Shown one piece after another: positions 48,030 to 57,730 of a DNA stretch of 61,111 nt (positions within the stretch are counted from its first letter, which is position 1; the number at the start of each line of letters is the position of its first letter). Position numbers and translations under genes: made by a program. The stretch is taken from positions 1 to 61,111 of the IMG/VR virus record IMGVR_UViG_3300016657_000047; one strand, given 5' to 3'. A model generated the notes under the pieces. It did no database searches, had not been told where the DNA came from, and worked only from the letters and a program-made list of their open reading frames with translations. This stretch comes from a virus (lineage: Duplodnaviria; Caudoviricetes).

Positions 48030-49322
48030 ATGGAATCGCAACTGGAACTCATCGATGATAAACTGGATTCTATCGAAGCCAGTCTAGATAAGGAAACTGA
48101 AGTCCTCGCTGCTTTGGAAAGTCTACAAGTGAACATGAAAGCATCTGGCTTTTCCATGGACATGGCTTTTGAAGCAGATCGACTTCTTCCAGATGGTCAG
48201 ATCCTTCGCGCTTATTGCGAGCAATCTTCTGCTGCTGCTCGATATCGTCTTGCTGAAGAAAGCCTTATGGCTGGGATTAAAGACTCCGTGATGAAAATCA
48301 TGGAACATGTCTCAACCATGCTAAAGAAAGCAATCGGTTGGCTGGTAAGTTTACTAGGTAAAAATGGTATCTTTACTGGCAATAAGAAGCAAGTAACAGA
48401 AGTGATGGGTATCTTGGGTGACCGCGCATTACTTGCGGCTGTTGAAGATGGGTTCGATGAGGCCAATAAGGTTCGTGCTGGTATGGAGGATTTTGCCCTA
48501 GGCAGTGCCACCACTACCAAATCCATCTTCGCTTCTTATCAGAGTACTTTGAGTGATCATGAGATCGATTTCATTACCTCTGGTAATCGCTACAAGAACA
48601 TCCGTGATGCCGTAGGTGAGTTCACTCGCGCTCAATTCGCCAAGTTCATTCGTAACTACGAGTTCGATTTGCACGAGTGGAGCCAGGAAGGTCTAGAGCG
48701 ATCGGTTCATGTGGGCAATGACGAAGACGTAGTTAGAGCCTTTGTCGTCAAGCGTACCAATAGCTTGAATGCCCTGCAGGACAATTACATGGATCGTATT
48801 CGTTTGCTGCGAGAAATGGCTGATCAGTACGTACATGATGCGGGTGCGGTGCATCGTGACCGACTGAAGATCTTCCTCAATAAACCCAGTGGTTTGTTCC
48901 CGCATCTGGAACATCTTTGGAAAGAGATTCACTTTGAGCGGATCTCTGATGAAGACCAAGAACTACTGAAGTCGTTGCAGGATATTCAGAAAAAGCACGA
49001 AGCGCTCATTGTGAAATTCAAAGCCAGCTCTGGCCAAGAAGACAAGAAGTGGGCACCACGTGATGAAATGCTGAAACTGATCGCTAAGGCACATCAGAAT
49101 TCGATGACGATTGTAAGTAAACTGGTAAAGGTGGCGGGTTATATCAAACAAGCTGCTAATACTGCGTACTCGGCAACCATGAAATCGTTCAATTACATTG
49201 TGCGTGTACTGAACGAAGTCAGCAAGATGCCGGGTGTGAATCGTGAGCGCGTCCTGAAGAGTCTTGATGTCATCAATGCTCGTAAAGCAAAGATGATTGA
49301 GATCAGTAAGCTGGCTACTTAA
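48030..49322 (+). CDS. putative internal head protein
   Basis: ALE|S, AEE|S and GME|D motifs and a similar amphipathic helix. Confidence 0.7.
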   Translation: MESQLELIDDKLDSIEASLDKETEVLAALESLQVNMKASGFSMDMAFEADRLLPDGQILRAYCEQSSAAARYRLAEESLMAGIKDSVMKIMEHVSTMLKKAIGWLVSLLGKNGIFTGNKKQVTEVMGILGDRALLAAVEDGFDEANKVRAGMEDFALGSATTTKSIFASYQSTLSDHEIDFITSGNRYKNIRDAVGEFTRAQFAKFIRNYEFDLHEWSQEGLERSVHVGNDEDVVRAFVVKRTNSLNALQDNYMDRIRLLREMADQYVHDAGAVHRDRLKIFLNKPSGLFPHLEHLWKEIHFERISDEDQELLKSLQDIQKKHEALIVKFKASSGQEDKKWAPRDEMLKLIAKAHQNSMTIVSKLVKVAGYIKQAANTAYSATMKSFNYIVRVLNEVSKMPGVNRERVLKSLDVINARKAKMIEISKLAT

Positions 49323-49350
49323 GCCAAAAAAAAAGAGTACGGACATAAAG

Positions 49351-49376
49351 GCGAGAGACCCTTCGGGGTCTCTCGC
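49351..49376. terminator. bidirectional terminator
   Basis: GCGAGAGACCC-TTCG-GGGTCTCTCGC at the junction of convergent late and early gene blocks. Confidence 0.85.
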
Positions 49377-49386
49377 TAATATGCCG

Positions 49387-49752
49387 TTATTGCAGATCGA
49401 TGAAGAAGAAGCGATGGCCGTCAATCATACACTGGATGACATAAACCTTGTCGCCTTTAACGTAGTCACGTACTGGCCCCTTCTTACATACGTCGTATGG
49501 CCGAGCTATTACATCAATCAGTTTAGACTGAACAAAAGCTTCTTGGGAACCACAACGCATGGCGTATTTTTGGATAACCAGCAGACTATCGGAGCGCTGA
49601 ATCTGATTGACCAATTTGTGTTCAGATGCACTATGGAGAGCACTCACGAACTCTTCCATCGTTATCTCGCGAATAACTGCTTGCGGCTGACAATCTTCAG
49701 TAGCTTCAGCCAAACAAGTGAGGGCAAAGAAATCATTAACATAAACGGTCAT
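49387..49752 (-). CDS. hypothetical protein
   Basis: AAAGGA RBS; ATGA overlap with the upstream ORF. Confidence 0.7.
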   Translation of the reverse strand: MTVYVNDFFALTCLAEATEDCQPQAVIREITMEEFVSALHSASEHKLVNQIQRSDSLLVIQKYAMRCGSQEAFVQSKLIDVIARPYDVCKKGPVRDYVKGDKVYVIQCMIDGHRFFFIDLQ

Positions 49753-50165
49753 AGTTGTTTCCTTTGAAAAAGTTTACCGGAAAGTAACCGAATAAACCAG
49801 TTGGGTTGTTTTGGCTTGCGGAACTGAGTATCGGTAGCTGGTAGATGAGCACGCAGTTGCAATACCTGTTCCTCATAGTCAGCCTGTGGATGGTCTGCTT
49901 TAAAGACGCGCATAGAGACAAATACTGGTAAACCAAAATACTTGTCATACGTCCAATACACCATGCGGTATAAAGGACCTATAACAGTTTCTGTGCGGAT
50001 GAGCAGGTACTGCGTTTGGAGATCATCAGTGCGATCATGTACTTCAAGTATTTCTACGGTTTGTAATTTGTAAATATCATCAGCAATTTGTACATAACAC
50101 GTCAGCTCCCAATAGCGGCTGGCTGGATTACATACAGCGTGGAGAATATCTGGCAGGTAAACCAT
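49749..50165 (-). CDS. hypothetical protein
   Basis: Tightly packed in the minus-strand array. Confidence 0.7.
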   Translation of the reverse strand: MVYLPDILHAVCNPASRYWELTCYVQIADDIYKLQTVEILEVHDRTDDLQTQYLLIRTETVIGPLYRMVYWTYDKYFGLPVFVSMRVFKADHPQADYEEQVLQLRAHLPATDTQFRKPKQPNWFIRLLSGKLFQRKQL

Positions 50166-50167
50166 AG

Positions 50168-50569
50168 TTACGCACCTTGTACACGCATTTCAAAAGCTAA
50201 CACGCCAGGTATTTCAGCAGCCTTGGCGGATGGAAACAGATAAACAGTATCACCAGCGCGAATACTGTTACCGAAATCGTTAGTGGCGCGCAGGGTGATC
50301 CAGGCTAGATTATAGCTAGGGCATTTAGCCAAGATTGCTTCGGGTACGCCGTGCTTTGCCATTTCTTCACGTTGCGACATCCAGGCTTGTAGCAGTACAT
50401 CCTGGGTAAAGAGTTCGAGATTACTCGATGGGCGTAAGTAAATACGCTTTCTATCACTACTGACGATAAATCGAGATTTGTGGCAGATTACCAGCTCTTT
50501 GATTTTATCTACCATGCCATGGGTAGACATCGATCCAAGTACCCATGTAAACAAATTAGCTACTGACAT
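50168..50569 (-). CDS. hypothetical protein
   Basis: GAAGGAA RBS. Confidence 0.7.
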   Translation of the reverse strand: MSVANLFTWVLGSMSTHGMVDKIKELVICHKSRFIVSSDRKRIYLRPSSNLELFTQDVLLQAWMSQREEMAKHGVPEAILAKCPSYNLAWITLRATNDFGNSIRAGDTVYLFPSAKAAEIPGVLAFEMRVQGA

Positions 50570-50590
50570 ATCTTCATTCCTCTTTATTAA

Positions 50591-50618
50591 AAAGAAGGGG
50601 ACTGTAGCCCCCTTCTTT
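50591..50618 (-). terminator. terminator hairpin
   Basis: AAAGAAGGGG...CCCCTTCTTT. Confidence 0.65.
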
Positions 50619-50630
50619 ATTTACTACTAG

Positions 50631-50993
50631 TTAAACGGCAGCGTCACCATCAAAGCGATAAGTCAAATCAGGCTCGTCGGTATCGAGCTTCACTTCATCG
50701 AGCTTGAGGTCGCTCAGCAGATGATAGCTTTCGATGAACGGGAACATTGCCAACAGAGGTGCCAAGTTGAATTGGCTGAACAGGAAGATGTTGGTGACTT
50801 CACCTGTTTCACGGTTGATGCCACGCAACACAATCTGCGGCAGGTCTTCCAGCTGACGGTAAGTGCCGGGCACATTGTCGCCATTGAGGTTATCCTGAAT
50901 CAGAGTGAAGGTACCTACGGTCAGTTCCAGCTTAGCTACGATTGCATTCATTTGTATTGCTCCTAATTTAGATAGTACTACGGATTGCAGCAT
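50631..50993 (-). CDS. hypothetical protein (start may be the downstream ATG, MNAIV)
   Basis: AGGAG precedes the MQ/MNAIV region. Confidence 0.65.
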   Translation of the reverse strand: MLQSVVLSKLGAIQMNAIVAKLELTVGTFTLIQDNLNGDNVPGTYRQLEDLPQIVLRGINRETGEVTNIFLFSQFNLAPLLAMFPFIESYHLLSDLKLDEVKLDTDEPDLTYRFDGDAAV

Positions 50994-51225
50994 TCCATTC
51001 AGGGAATGCTAATTTATGCTCGGCAGCGTGCTGATCATAATCAGTTTCTGCCATTGCCTTAACTGTGCCAATGTCCAGCTCGTTCCAAGGATTAGGTTCC
51101 TTGTAGTTGTAGCTTTTATTGGCTTTATGAGGCATGAGGTGTTTCTTCAATTTGAAGTATACCTCGACCTCGCCCCCTTTGAAAAGATCAACCAACGAGT
51201 TGACATAGAAGTCTTTATTGTTCAT
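50968..51225 (-). CDS. hypothetical protein
   Basis: AAGGTG RBS, 85 aa. Confidence 0.65.
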   Translation of the reverse strand: MNNKDFYVNSLVDLFKGGEVEVYFKLKKHLMPHKANKSYNYKEPNPWNELDIGTVKAMAETDYDQHAAEHKLAFPEWNAAIRSTI

Positions 51226-51251
51226 GGTTATACACCTTATTGAGAAGACTA

Positions 51252-51482
51252 CTAATTACCTAGAAAACCAGCTTCTGTCAACCCATCGATAACGTACTGT
51301 ATACCTTCTTCGGAAAAGTCTAGGTTGATGTGTCGCATAGGTAAACGACGGCGCCGTAAAATACCAGCTAAGCGGGCGCTTTTATTGCGGAAGCTATAGG
51401 TACCAGGTTTACCACCGGTAACCTTTTGGAGATCATGCATCTGGACAGGATCTTCTTTACTACTAGCAGTTTGCCTACTCAT
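51252..51482 (-). CDS. small basic hypothetical protein
   Basis: Start reassigned to ATG 51482 (AAAGGA RBS). Confidence 0.6.
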   Translation of the reverse strand: MSRQTASSKEDPVQMHDLQKVTGGKPGTYSFRNKSARLAGILRRRRLPMRHINLDFSEEGIQYVIDGLTEAGFLGN

Positions 51483-52341
51483 GGCTATTTCCTTTATTGT
51501 TGATGCGATAGTCTTTATCGACAATACCAATTTCTGCGTTCTTGCGATTACGCATAAATGGTGACCACCAGAATAGACCATTCTTTTTACGTTTGAAATG
51601 CCCACGTACTAGATGTGATCTAACCATAGTGCCAATCTTGGTTATGCGTGAAGAAAACTTTTCAACTTCAATTAGATTGGTGAACTCGCCGCTTTCTCGA
51701 TACAAATCCAAAATATGGTATTCGTAACTTGATTGCATATTTTTGGGTATCGCAGCAGATTCTTTTTTACTAGGTTTGTATTTAACGATGTTGGTGTTCT
51801 TCACATTCAGTAACAGGAGTATTTCACACACAACAACTATCAGTATATTGGCAACTTGTTGTAATTCGGAATCCGTAATGCCAGCCATCGGAACAAATAT
51901 ATTTCCAATAGTAAATGGCAAACCGGCCTCATTTGGTACAAGTTCTATAAACGGCCGTAGGGTATATAAGCGCCCATTAGGTTGAATTACCGTTACGATA
52001 AAACCGTTATTTTGATAAGGTTCTAACAGTAATCCTTGTTTTTCATTCTCGAGAAAAATTGTATCGAACGGAAGACGACAGTATTCAGAATACAAGTTAA
52101 ATCTCTCTACTCTTTTTTCCGGAGACATACTTGTTAAATCTCTGATCATAGTGGACACCGAACTAGTTCTTCTCGTTACAGATGTTGTAATAGCGGTGTC
52201 TAACATTTCTGTCGGGATTATGAACTTTGTTGCTCGCATAATTTTCAAGCGAAGCTCAAAAGCACTTATATCACATACATCCAGCGCTCCGTGATTATCC
52301 AAGAAGTTCAAATCACGTGCAATTTTACCAGATATTAGCAT
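51475..52341 (-). CDS. hypothetical protein with C-terminal HxVRGHFKR motif
   Basis: GAGGA RBS; RLPFD.IFLE and SHLVRGHFKRK...WW..F.R motifs; lower GC than neighbours. Confidence 0.75.
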   Translation of the reverse strand: MLISGKIARDLNFLDNHGALDVCDISAFELRLKIMRATKFIIPTEMLDTAITTSVTRRTSSVSTMIRDLTSMSPEKRVERFNLYSEYCRLPFDTIFLENEKQGLLLEPYQNNGFIVTVIQPNGRLYTLRPFIELVPNEAGLPFTIGNIFVPMAGITDSELQQVANILIVVVCEILLLLNVKNTNIVKYKPSKKESAAIPKNMQSSYEYHILDLYRESGEFTNLIEVEKFSSRITKIGTMVRSHLVRGHFKRKKNGLFWWSPFMRNRKNAEIGIVDKDYRINNKGNSHE

Positions 52342-52358
52342 GATACATTCCTCTTTAT

Positions 52359-52568
52359 TCAGATAACCAGTAGACTAACGAAAGCAACGAGTACGGCAAC
52401 AGTTACCGAGATCATCGCCATATCAAAGTCTTGGGTCTTTTCAATTTCAGCTACCATTTCAGTAGGCAGCGTAGCCGGGATATCACACTTCAGGAAGCGT
52501 ATATAGCTTACCAGAAAGCCAACAGTACCAGCTACCAGAAACACTGTAAGAATGTGCATTGCATCCAT
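52359..52568 (-). CDS. small two-TM membrane protein
   Basis: AAGGAG RBS; two hydrophobic segments. Confidence 0.7.
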   Translation of the reverse strand: MDAMHILTVFLVAGTVGFLVSYIRFLKCDIPATLPTEMVAEIEKTQDFDMAMISVTVAVLVAFVSLLVI

Positions 52569-52625
52569 GATTAAACTCCTTATTCCGCTTTATTGAGGGT
52601 GAGTATATAGGTACTTTACCTATCT

Positions 52626-52649
52626 CACTAGCGTAATATGAGTCTGAAA
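52626..52649 (-). promoter_or_regulatory. candidate phage early promoter (copy 3)
   Basis: Minus strand TTTCAGACTCATATTACGCTAGTG. Confidence 0.55.
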
Positions 52650-52687
52650 TATTCTAGGATACAAAAAATAAAGGTTCTAAACGGATA

Positions 52688-52713
52688 GCTAGCGACCCTT
52701 TCGGATCGCTAGC
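52688..52713 (-). terminator. terminator hairpin
   Basis: GCTAGCGA...TCGCTAGC. Confidence 0.6.
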
Positions 52714-52724
52714 GTATGTCCGTA

Positions 52725-53222
52725 TTATGATAACAACCCAGCCTTACATGCCCAATCAATCGCCTCCACTTTTACCAGAGTAGATTGGTTAGGTAGCCGC
52801 TTCCCTTCTAACAACCACGCCATAGCCAGTTCCACTAGGTAAACCATAGCACTATGGCCTACCTGTGTACCCAAACCATGACATTCAAGGTGAGCAATCT
52901 CTGAGTCAAACTGACCATTTATCACTGACGAATACAGGTCAAACGAACCACCATGTAAATTATTCGCACAGATATAAAGTAGTCGCTTGGTATCAGGTTG
53001 TACTAGCACGATATCCCAACTTAATACAGTTGTAACTTCAATGCCGTCGCCCACCTGAATGACGACTGGAGTATGGTCAAATGCTGACCGATACTGGTTC
53101 CAATTTTGTATGATTTGAATACGTACAGACTGGTTCTTAAATGGCCCTATTCTATTTTGTAGTTGCAGGAAAGTAGAAACAAACTTAGCGGCTAATTCAC
53201 TTGAGTTTACCGAGGTGAACAT
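52725..53222 (-). CDS. hypothetical protein
   Basis: 165 aa ORF in the array. Confidence 0.65.
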   Translation of the reverse strand: MFTSVNSSELAAKFVSTFLQLQNRIGPFKNQSVRIQIIQNWNQYRSAFDHTPVVIQVGDGIEVTTVLSWDIVLVQPDTKRLLYICANNLHGGSFDLYSSVINGQFDSEIAHLECHGLGTQVGHSAMVYLVELAMAWLLEGKRLPNQSTLVKVEAIDWACKAGLLS

Positions 53223-53247
53223 GATGGATAGATTGTTATTAGTGCGG

Positions 53248-53751
53248 TTACGACCAAGCAGTGGCTATACTGCTAAGGCAGAACAACTTGTCAAGTTTAT
53301 GCATCTCTTCCGAGTAGACCTCACCAACTAACGCCAGGTCAGTTGGATAAACAATGTCTTTCTTTTTGGCAGACATCAGCACAAACTTAGTATCGTTGAC
53401 CGTATCAACAGCCAGATAAGTAAGGCTATCTGGAGTGATATTGTTTTTATCAACATCGGTAAACTCAGCAAATACCGCTGTGATTGTTGCCGTACCAGTA
53501 AGCCAAATGCCAGTCGGACAAAGAATGAACATGACGGTCTGGTTGACAGTCAGTGGTTCCTTTACGAAGTTGGCCAGGTAATTCTGTACTGAAGTAACAG
53601 GGCCAGGTTCAACTGCGTCATCGTTCTCCAGTTTTTCTTTCAGGATGAGTTCTACCATTTCATCCACAGAAACTTTGTTGGCTATGGAAAGCGACACGAG
53701 CGCTGCTTGAGTGCAGGCGTCCAATTTCAGTTCAATGGTTTTCTTTTCCAC
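53248..53751 (-). CDS. hypothetical protein with possible N-terminal ribbon-helix-helix
   Basis: KTIELKLD....AL..LS...KVSVDEMVELILKE; AAAGGA RBS. Confidence 0.65.
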   Translation of the reverse strand: MEKKTIELKLDACTQAALVSLSIANKVSVDEMVELILKEKLENDDAVEPGPVTSVQNYLANFVKEPLTVNQTVMFILCPTGIWLTGTATITAVFAEFTDVDKNNITPDSLTYLAVDTVNDTKFVLMSAKKKDIVYPTDLALVGEVYSEEMHKLDKLFCLSSIATAWS

Positions 53752-53764
53752 GTTGTTTTCCTTT

Positions 53765-54652
53765 CTATGCGAAGCCGAGTTGATGGCCGTTCATCGCGTG
53801 CATAATTTCATTATGGCGGTTAATCGAGATGCCATGGATTTTCAAGATCTTCTCGGAGTTCAAAGCACGCAGTTCGCCGATGGTGTGGATACCAGCATTA
53901 CGTAGTGCATTGCAGGTATGGCCGGACAGACCCAATGACAGGATCAGATCAGTATCGTTAATTTGGCTAACTGGTTGTGAACCCATCGATACTGGTGGTT
54001 TGCTATCCCCAATAGCCTCGTCTTCGACAGATACGTGAAAGATCGCAGCAGTCATGGGGTCATAGCCAAACAAACGGCAACCAAAATCGAAGAACTCATT
54101 CGACAATTCTTTACTTAACAGGATTGAGCAGATGCGATTCGGATCGCCAAGGCCGACAGTATTGAGAATATACTGGTTCCCCGCGTAGTTCATCAACTTC
54201 ACGATTTCGTCAAGAACCATATCTTGCTTGGAATGGTGCTCTGGAATGATCAGCACTTTATCCAGTAGCTTATCAAAAGCTTTAGCATTGCTCCCCGCTT
54301 CTTTACTAGAAGTAGTCGAGTACACACAGCCAGACCTGACAGGCAAATTCATCTCACCCATGCCCGGTTTAGGGAACTTAACGGTAATGTCGACATAATT
54401 GTTATTACCGTAAGCGTGACCTACGTAAGGGAATAGATTAAAGTTAGGCGTCTGGCTATTCTGACCAAAGCGTTGATCATGCTGACCATATGGCGGATGG
54501 TTAATCGGTGGCATATACGGCGGTTGTAGCTGAGGGCTAGGGGCGATACCGGCCAGATGGTAAATAGCATTTTCCAGTTGAGCCACTTGCTGCTTGATTG
54601 CAGACAGTGCCATCAGCATGGTTTGTACGGACATTTGGTTAATTTGGTTCAT
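53765..54652 (-). CDS. protein with C-terminal RNA polymerase alpha-CTD-like domain
   Basis: Start reassigned to ATG 54652 (GAGGA RBS). LGLSGHTCNALRNAGIHTIGELRALNSEKILKIHGISINRHNEI aligns with bacterial alpha-CTD [22 protein letters not shown].....LLK.PNLG.KSL.EI. Confidence 0.75.
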   Translation of the reverse strand: MNQINQMSVQTMLMALSAIKQQVAQLENAIYHLAGIAPSPQLQPPYMPPINHPPYGQHDQRFGQNSQTPNFNLFPYVGHAYGNNNYVDITVKFPKPGMGEMNLPVRSGCVYSTTSSKEAGSNAKAFDKLLDKVLIIPEHHSKQDMVLDEIVKLMNYAGNQYILNTVGLGDPNRICSILLSKELSNEFFDFGCRLFGYDPMTAAIFHVSVEDEAIGDSKPPVSMGSQPVSQINDTDLILSLGLSGHTCNALRNAGIHTIGELRALNSEKILKIHGISINRHNEIMHAMNGHQLGFA

Positions 54653-54656
54653 GGTT

Positions 54657-55016
54657 TTATTCCTCTTTAATGGTGAACTGGTAATCAGGCTCATCGTACG
54701 CCATCGGCGCACGCTTGGCTGTTCCGTCGGGGTTATAAATAGTGTAATCGATTTGGAAACGACTAGTCGTGGTAATTGCATCCACTGGATCATTGAAATC
54801 AAAAGACCCATTGAATTCCGGCCAGTAATTTTTCACGTACTGTTCAGTATTATCATCAGGAGCAAATACAACCCAGCTATCACTACAGCATTCAAAGGTT
54901 TCTGGGTCGAGACCATTCCCAGACACCCAAGCTGGATACGGTGTAGGGTATTCAACAGGGCGAGTGTCACCCACGTTCTCTTTAGTGTAGGGTATACTAA
55001 ATCGCACTCGCCGCAT
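54657..55016 (-). CDS. hypothetical protein
   Basis: AAGGAG RBS. Confidence 0.7.
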   Translation of the reverse strand: MRRVRFSIPYTKENVGDTRPVEYPTPYPAWVSGNGLDPETFECCSDSWVVFAPDDNTEQYVKNYWPEFNGSFDFNDPVDAITTTSRFQIDYTIYNPDGTAKRAPMAYDEPDYQFTIKEE

Positions 55017-55018
55017 GA

Positions 55019-55594
55019 TTACTCCTTTACTTCATAAACGTCGACTTCTTCGAAATCGCGCAATTCAATTGAGACATTACTGTACTCTACTTTCACCACA
55101 CTGTCGGCGATCTTGGATACTTCATCAATACCGCTAATGACTGAGCGATACAGATCGGCGTAGAAGATAAAAATGAAATCCAAGTAATGTTTGGAAGTCG
55201 TGTTCTTCTCGTCCAGCTTGTTGAGGTAGTAAATGATCTCATTCAGAAGACCGATATGGTACTTCAGATAAGTGCGATCATAGTGGCTAAATTCAGTAGT
55301 GGAACTAGGTTCCTGACTCACCAACAGATACACGTTTAGCGGGCTGTCTTTAGCACCTTCCGGAGTAACTACTTCCCAAGTTTCGATGGCGCGCTGGATG
55401 GTTTCGTAAAGATGCATAGCCATCAGATTGGCAACAGCATGGCGGCGATGCGATGTCGTCGGGAAGTTTTCCAGTAGTAGTGGAAACTTAATGGCGATGT
55501 TGCAGCCGTGGTTCGGTAAACCAAATACGACATTACCTTTAGGTTGATCTTGGATCACCAGGTGAAAGCTACCTACTTTATTGGCCTTGTTCAT
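55019..55594 (-). CDS. hypothetical protein
   Basis: GAGGA RBS; tightly packed. Confidence 0.7.
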   Translation of the reverse strand: MNKANKVGSFHLVIQDQPKGNVVFGLPNHGCNIAIKFPLLLENFPTTSHRRHAVANLMAMHLYETIQRAIETWEVVTPEGAKDSPLNVYLLVSQEPSSTTEFSHYDRTYLKYHIGLLNEIIYYLNKLDEKNTTSKHYLDFIFIFYADLYRSVISGIDEVSKIADSVVKVEYSNVSIELRDFEEVDVYEVKE

Positions 55595-55596
55595 TT

Positions 55597-56124
55597 CTAT
55601 TTTTCCTCATTGTCATCAGTCAGTCGCTTCAGAAGTGCTGTGGAGCGATTCTTAATTTCTAGAAATTGACTGGGGTAGGGAACTGCATCGTAACGGCTTC
55701 GAGTGAAAGTGTAAGTGACTTCGCTCAGAAAACCACACTTTATTGGGAGTAGACCACCAGGACCGTATGTGTCATCGTGTTTGCGCTCACCAACAATGTG
55801 TCGACCAACACGTATCACGACATCATATTCAAAAGAACGTTCACGAAGCCATTGATACGTTTTCGAGATAACATTGTTTACAAACGCATTGGTATAAACA
55901 ACGTCTGTTCCTTGTTGGGGTGCCATAATGCTAGCGCTATTCCATAAAGCCCGTTCATCAATGATGATGTCGACCTTACCACCAACATTCTTTTTGAGTT
56001 GTTCGATGATGTAATGGCGGTCAGCGATGGGGTCAACCAAGTGTTCACCAGACAACACTAAGCAACGTTTGGCATGATCGCTATTTGGGCGATAGTTCAT
56101 GGGGGCTTCAAAAATAACTAACAT
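55597..56124 (-). CDS. hypothetical protein
   Basis: AAAGGA RBS. Confidence 0.7.
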   Translation of the reverse strand: MLVIFEAPMNYRPNSDHAKRCLVLSGEHLVDPIADRHYIIEQLKKNVGGKVDIIIDERALWNSASIMAPQQGTDVVYTNAFVNNVISKTYQWLRERSFEYDVVIRVGRHIVGERKHDDTYGPGGLLPIKCGFLSEVTYTFTRSRYDAVPYPSQFLEIKNRSTALLKRLTDDNEEK

Positions 56125-56140
56125 GAATATTCCTTTTTAT

Positions 56141-56590
56141 TTAAGCAACAGTGATGAAATAGCTATTATTGCTATCCCAAACCTGAGTAGATGAGGGGGT
56201 TACTTTACTCGGTTCCTTCTCTTTGAGTTCATCTACCCCTTCGTCATCTGTGTATTTCAACCCGTTGATAGTTTCCAGCATGGCTAGTAGTTCAACCTTC
56301 ATGGCGTCAATATCGAAGCGGGTGTCCGCCGAAAGTACAGTCTCAGTATAGCCAGGTACCGTGTTGTACTCAATCATACTAGCCAGCACATCCGACAGGT
56401 TGAACTCGAAGACCAGTTCTGGCGGCTTCCCGAGTTGGTTTTCCTGATAGCGGAGATGAGACTTGATCATCTTTGCTACCCGATCAAGGTTGTCTTCATC
56501 GAGATCCGAAGAGAACGGCAGCGAGGTGCGAACAGGTGAGCTGGCATCGTAAACCAAGCGACGTTCACGAATAGTGGTAGAGGTGCCCAT
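56141..56590 (-). CDS. hypothetical protein
   Basis: 149 aa, acidic. Confidence 0.7.
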   Translation of the reverse strand: MGTSTTIRERRLVYDASSPVRTSLPFSSDLDEDNLDRVAKMIKSHLRYQENQLGKPPELVFEFNLSDVLASMIEYNTVPGYTETVLSADTRFDIDAMKVELLAMLETINGLKYTDDEGVDELKEKEPSKVTPSSTQVWDSNNSYFITVA

Positions 56591-56629
56591 TTACCATATT
56601 TCCTTTATTTAAAATGGTTACTTTTCTAT

Positions 56630-57116
56630 TTAGAAATTAACCCGGTAGTCTTTTTCAACTATCCCAGTTTCAGAACGACGACTACGGACAAAGGTGTTCC
56701 ACCAGTAAAGCTTACCGTTCTTACGTTTGAAGTGGCCACGCACCACATGTTGCCGTTTAGTGGTGGGTGGTTGTCTTTCCGTATAGTTGGCCACATCAAC
56801 CATACTAGTGAACTCTGCATCTTCGTTCTCAAAGTAGATATCGAGGATGTGGTACAGGTAGCTATGACGCAAGTTAATCGGTACGGATTTCAATTCCTTC
56901 TCAGGCAGCAATCTTCTCGAGTTCTGCGAAAGTCTCATCACTACTCTCGCTTTCGGGGATACGACCCAGTACCAATTGACGGAAACGTTTATCGACCACA
57001 AACTTAGTGGCACGCATTACCATCAACTTCAGATCCATCTTGCCATACTTGGAGCCAGTGAAGTCCGCCTTACGGAACGGATCAGGCAAAATAGCCAGGC
57101 TTCTACTTAGCAGCAT
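56630..57116 (-). pseudogene. internally deleted, frameshifted paralog of 51475..52341
   Basis: 5' fragment shares L..MRATKF and 3' fragment shares Y.YHILD.Y and HxVRGHFKRK..G...WW..F.R..E.GIV.KDYR.N with the intact copy. The two parts are in different frames; total 487 nt vs 867 nt. Confidence 0.75.
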
Positions 57117-57126
57117 GATGTTCCTT

Positions 57127-57687
57127 TCAGCTACGACTAGCGGTCAATTTCAACAGACGCAGAGTAGCGATCTGATCCAGTTTGACAGCGGTATATTCTG
57201 CATACTCGCTGTTTTGGCAATTGGAATGAATATAACGCATCAACTCCATTAGTGCCGCGAAGGCATCTTCCTTTAGACATGGCAGCAGAGACGAGCGCAG
57301 CTCGGCTACATACGCCATATCCAAGATGAGTTTGGTTACTGTTACAATCTGCTTTTTCAGTTCGATGTAACCGCCTTCTTCGTAGTCATTGGTGAGGTGA
57401 CCAATGACAATCATGGTCAGCTGCTTGTTAACTTCCTCACTAAGAGGATTATCCGCGTAATCAGTCAACGACAGCAGCGCCGAGAAGTAAATCATGTCCT
57501 CGATGTGGTTACGTTCGAATTCCGGATAAGCCGCAGTTACTCCGGTAATACCGCGCTGTACTTCGCTTGCAAAGTACTGCATCAGCTCTGCTTCGGTCAT
57601 TGTACGCTTACTGATATCGACAAACACACTTTGCCAAAAGCGAACAGCTCGCGGTAACAGGATACTAACGTTGATCAGAAATTCCAT
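57127..57687 (-). CDS. hypothetical protein
   Basis: AAAGGA RBS; helical. Confidence 0.7.
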   Translation of the reverse strand: MEFLINVSILLPRAVRFWQSVFVDISKRTMTEAELMQYFASEVQRGITGVTAAYPEFERNHIEDMIYFSALLSLTDYADNPLSEEVNKQLTMIVIGHLTNDYEEGGYIELKKQIVTVTKLILDMAYVAELRSSLLPCLKEDAFAALMELMRYIHSNCQNSEYAEYTAVKLDQIATLRLLKLTASRS

Positions 57688-57706
57688 GGTTATTTCCTTT
57701 ATTGAA

Positions 57707-57728
57707 AAAGAGACCCGAAGGTCTCTTT
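57707..57728 (-). terminator. terminator hairpin
   Basis: AAAGAGACC-CGAA-GGTCTCTTT (UUCG loop and U-tail on the minus strand). Confidence 0.75.
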
Positions 57729-57730
57729 AT

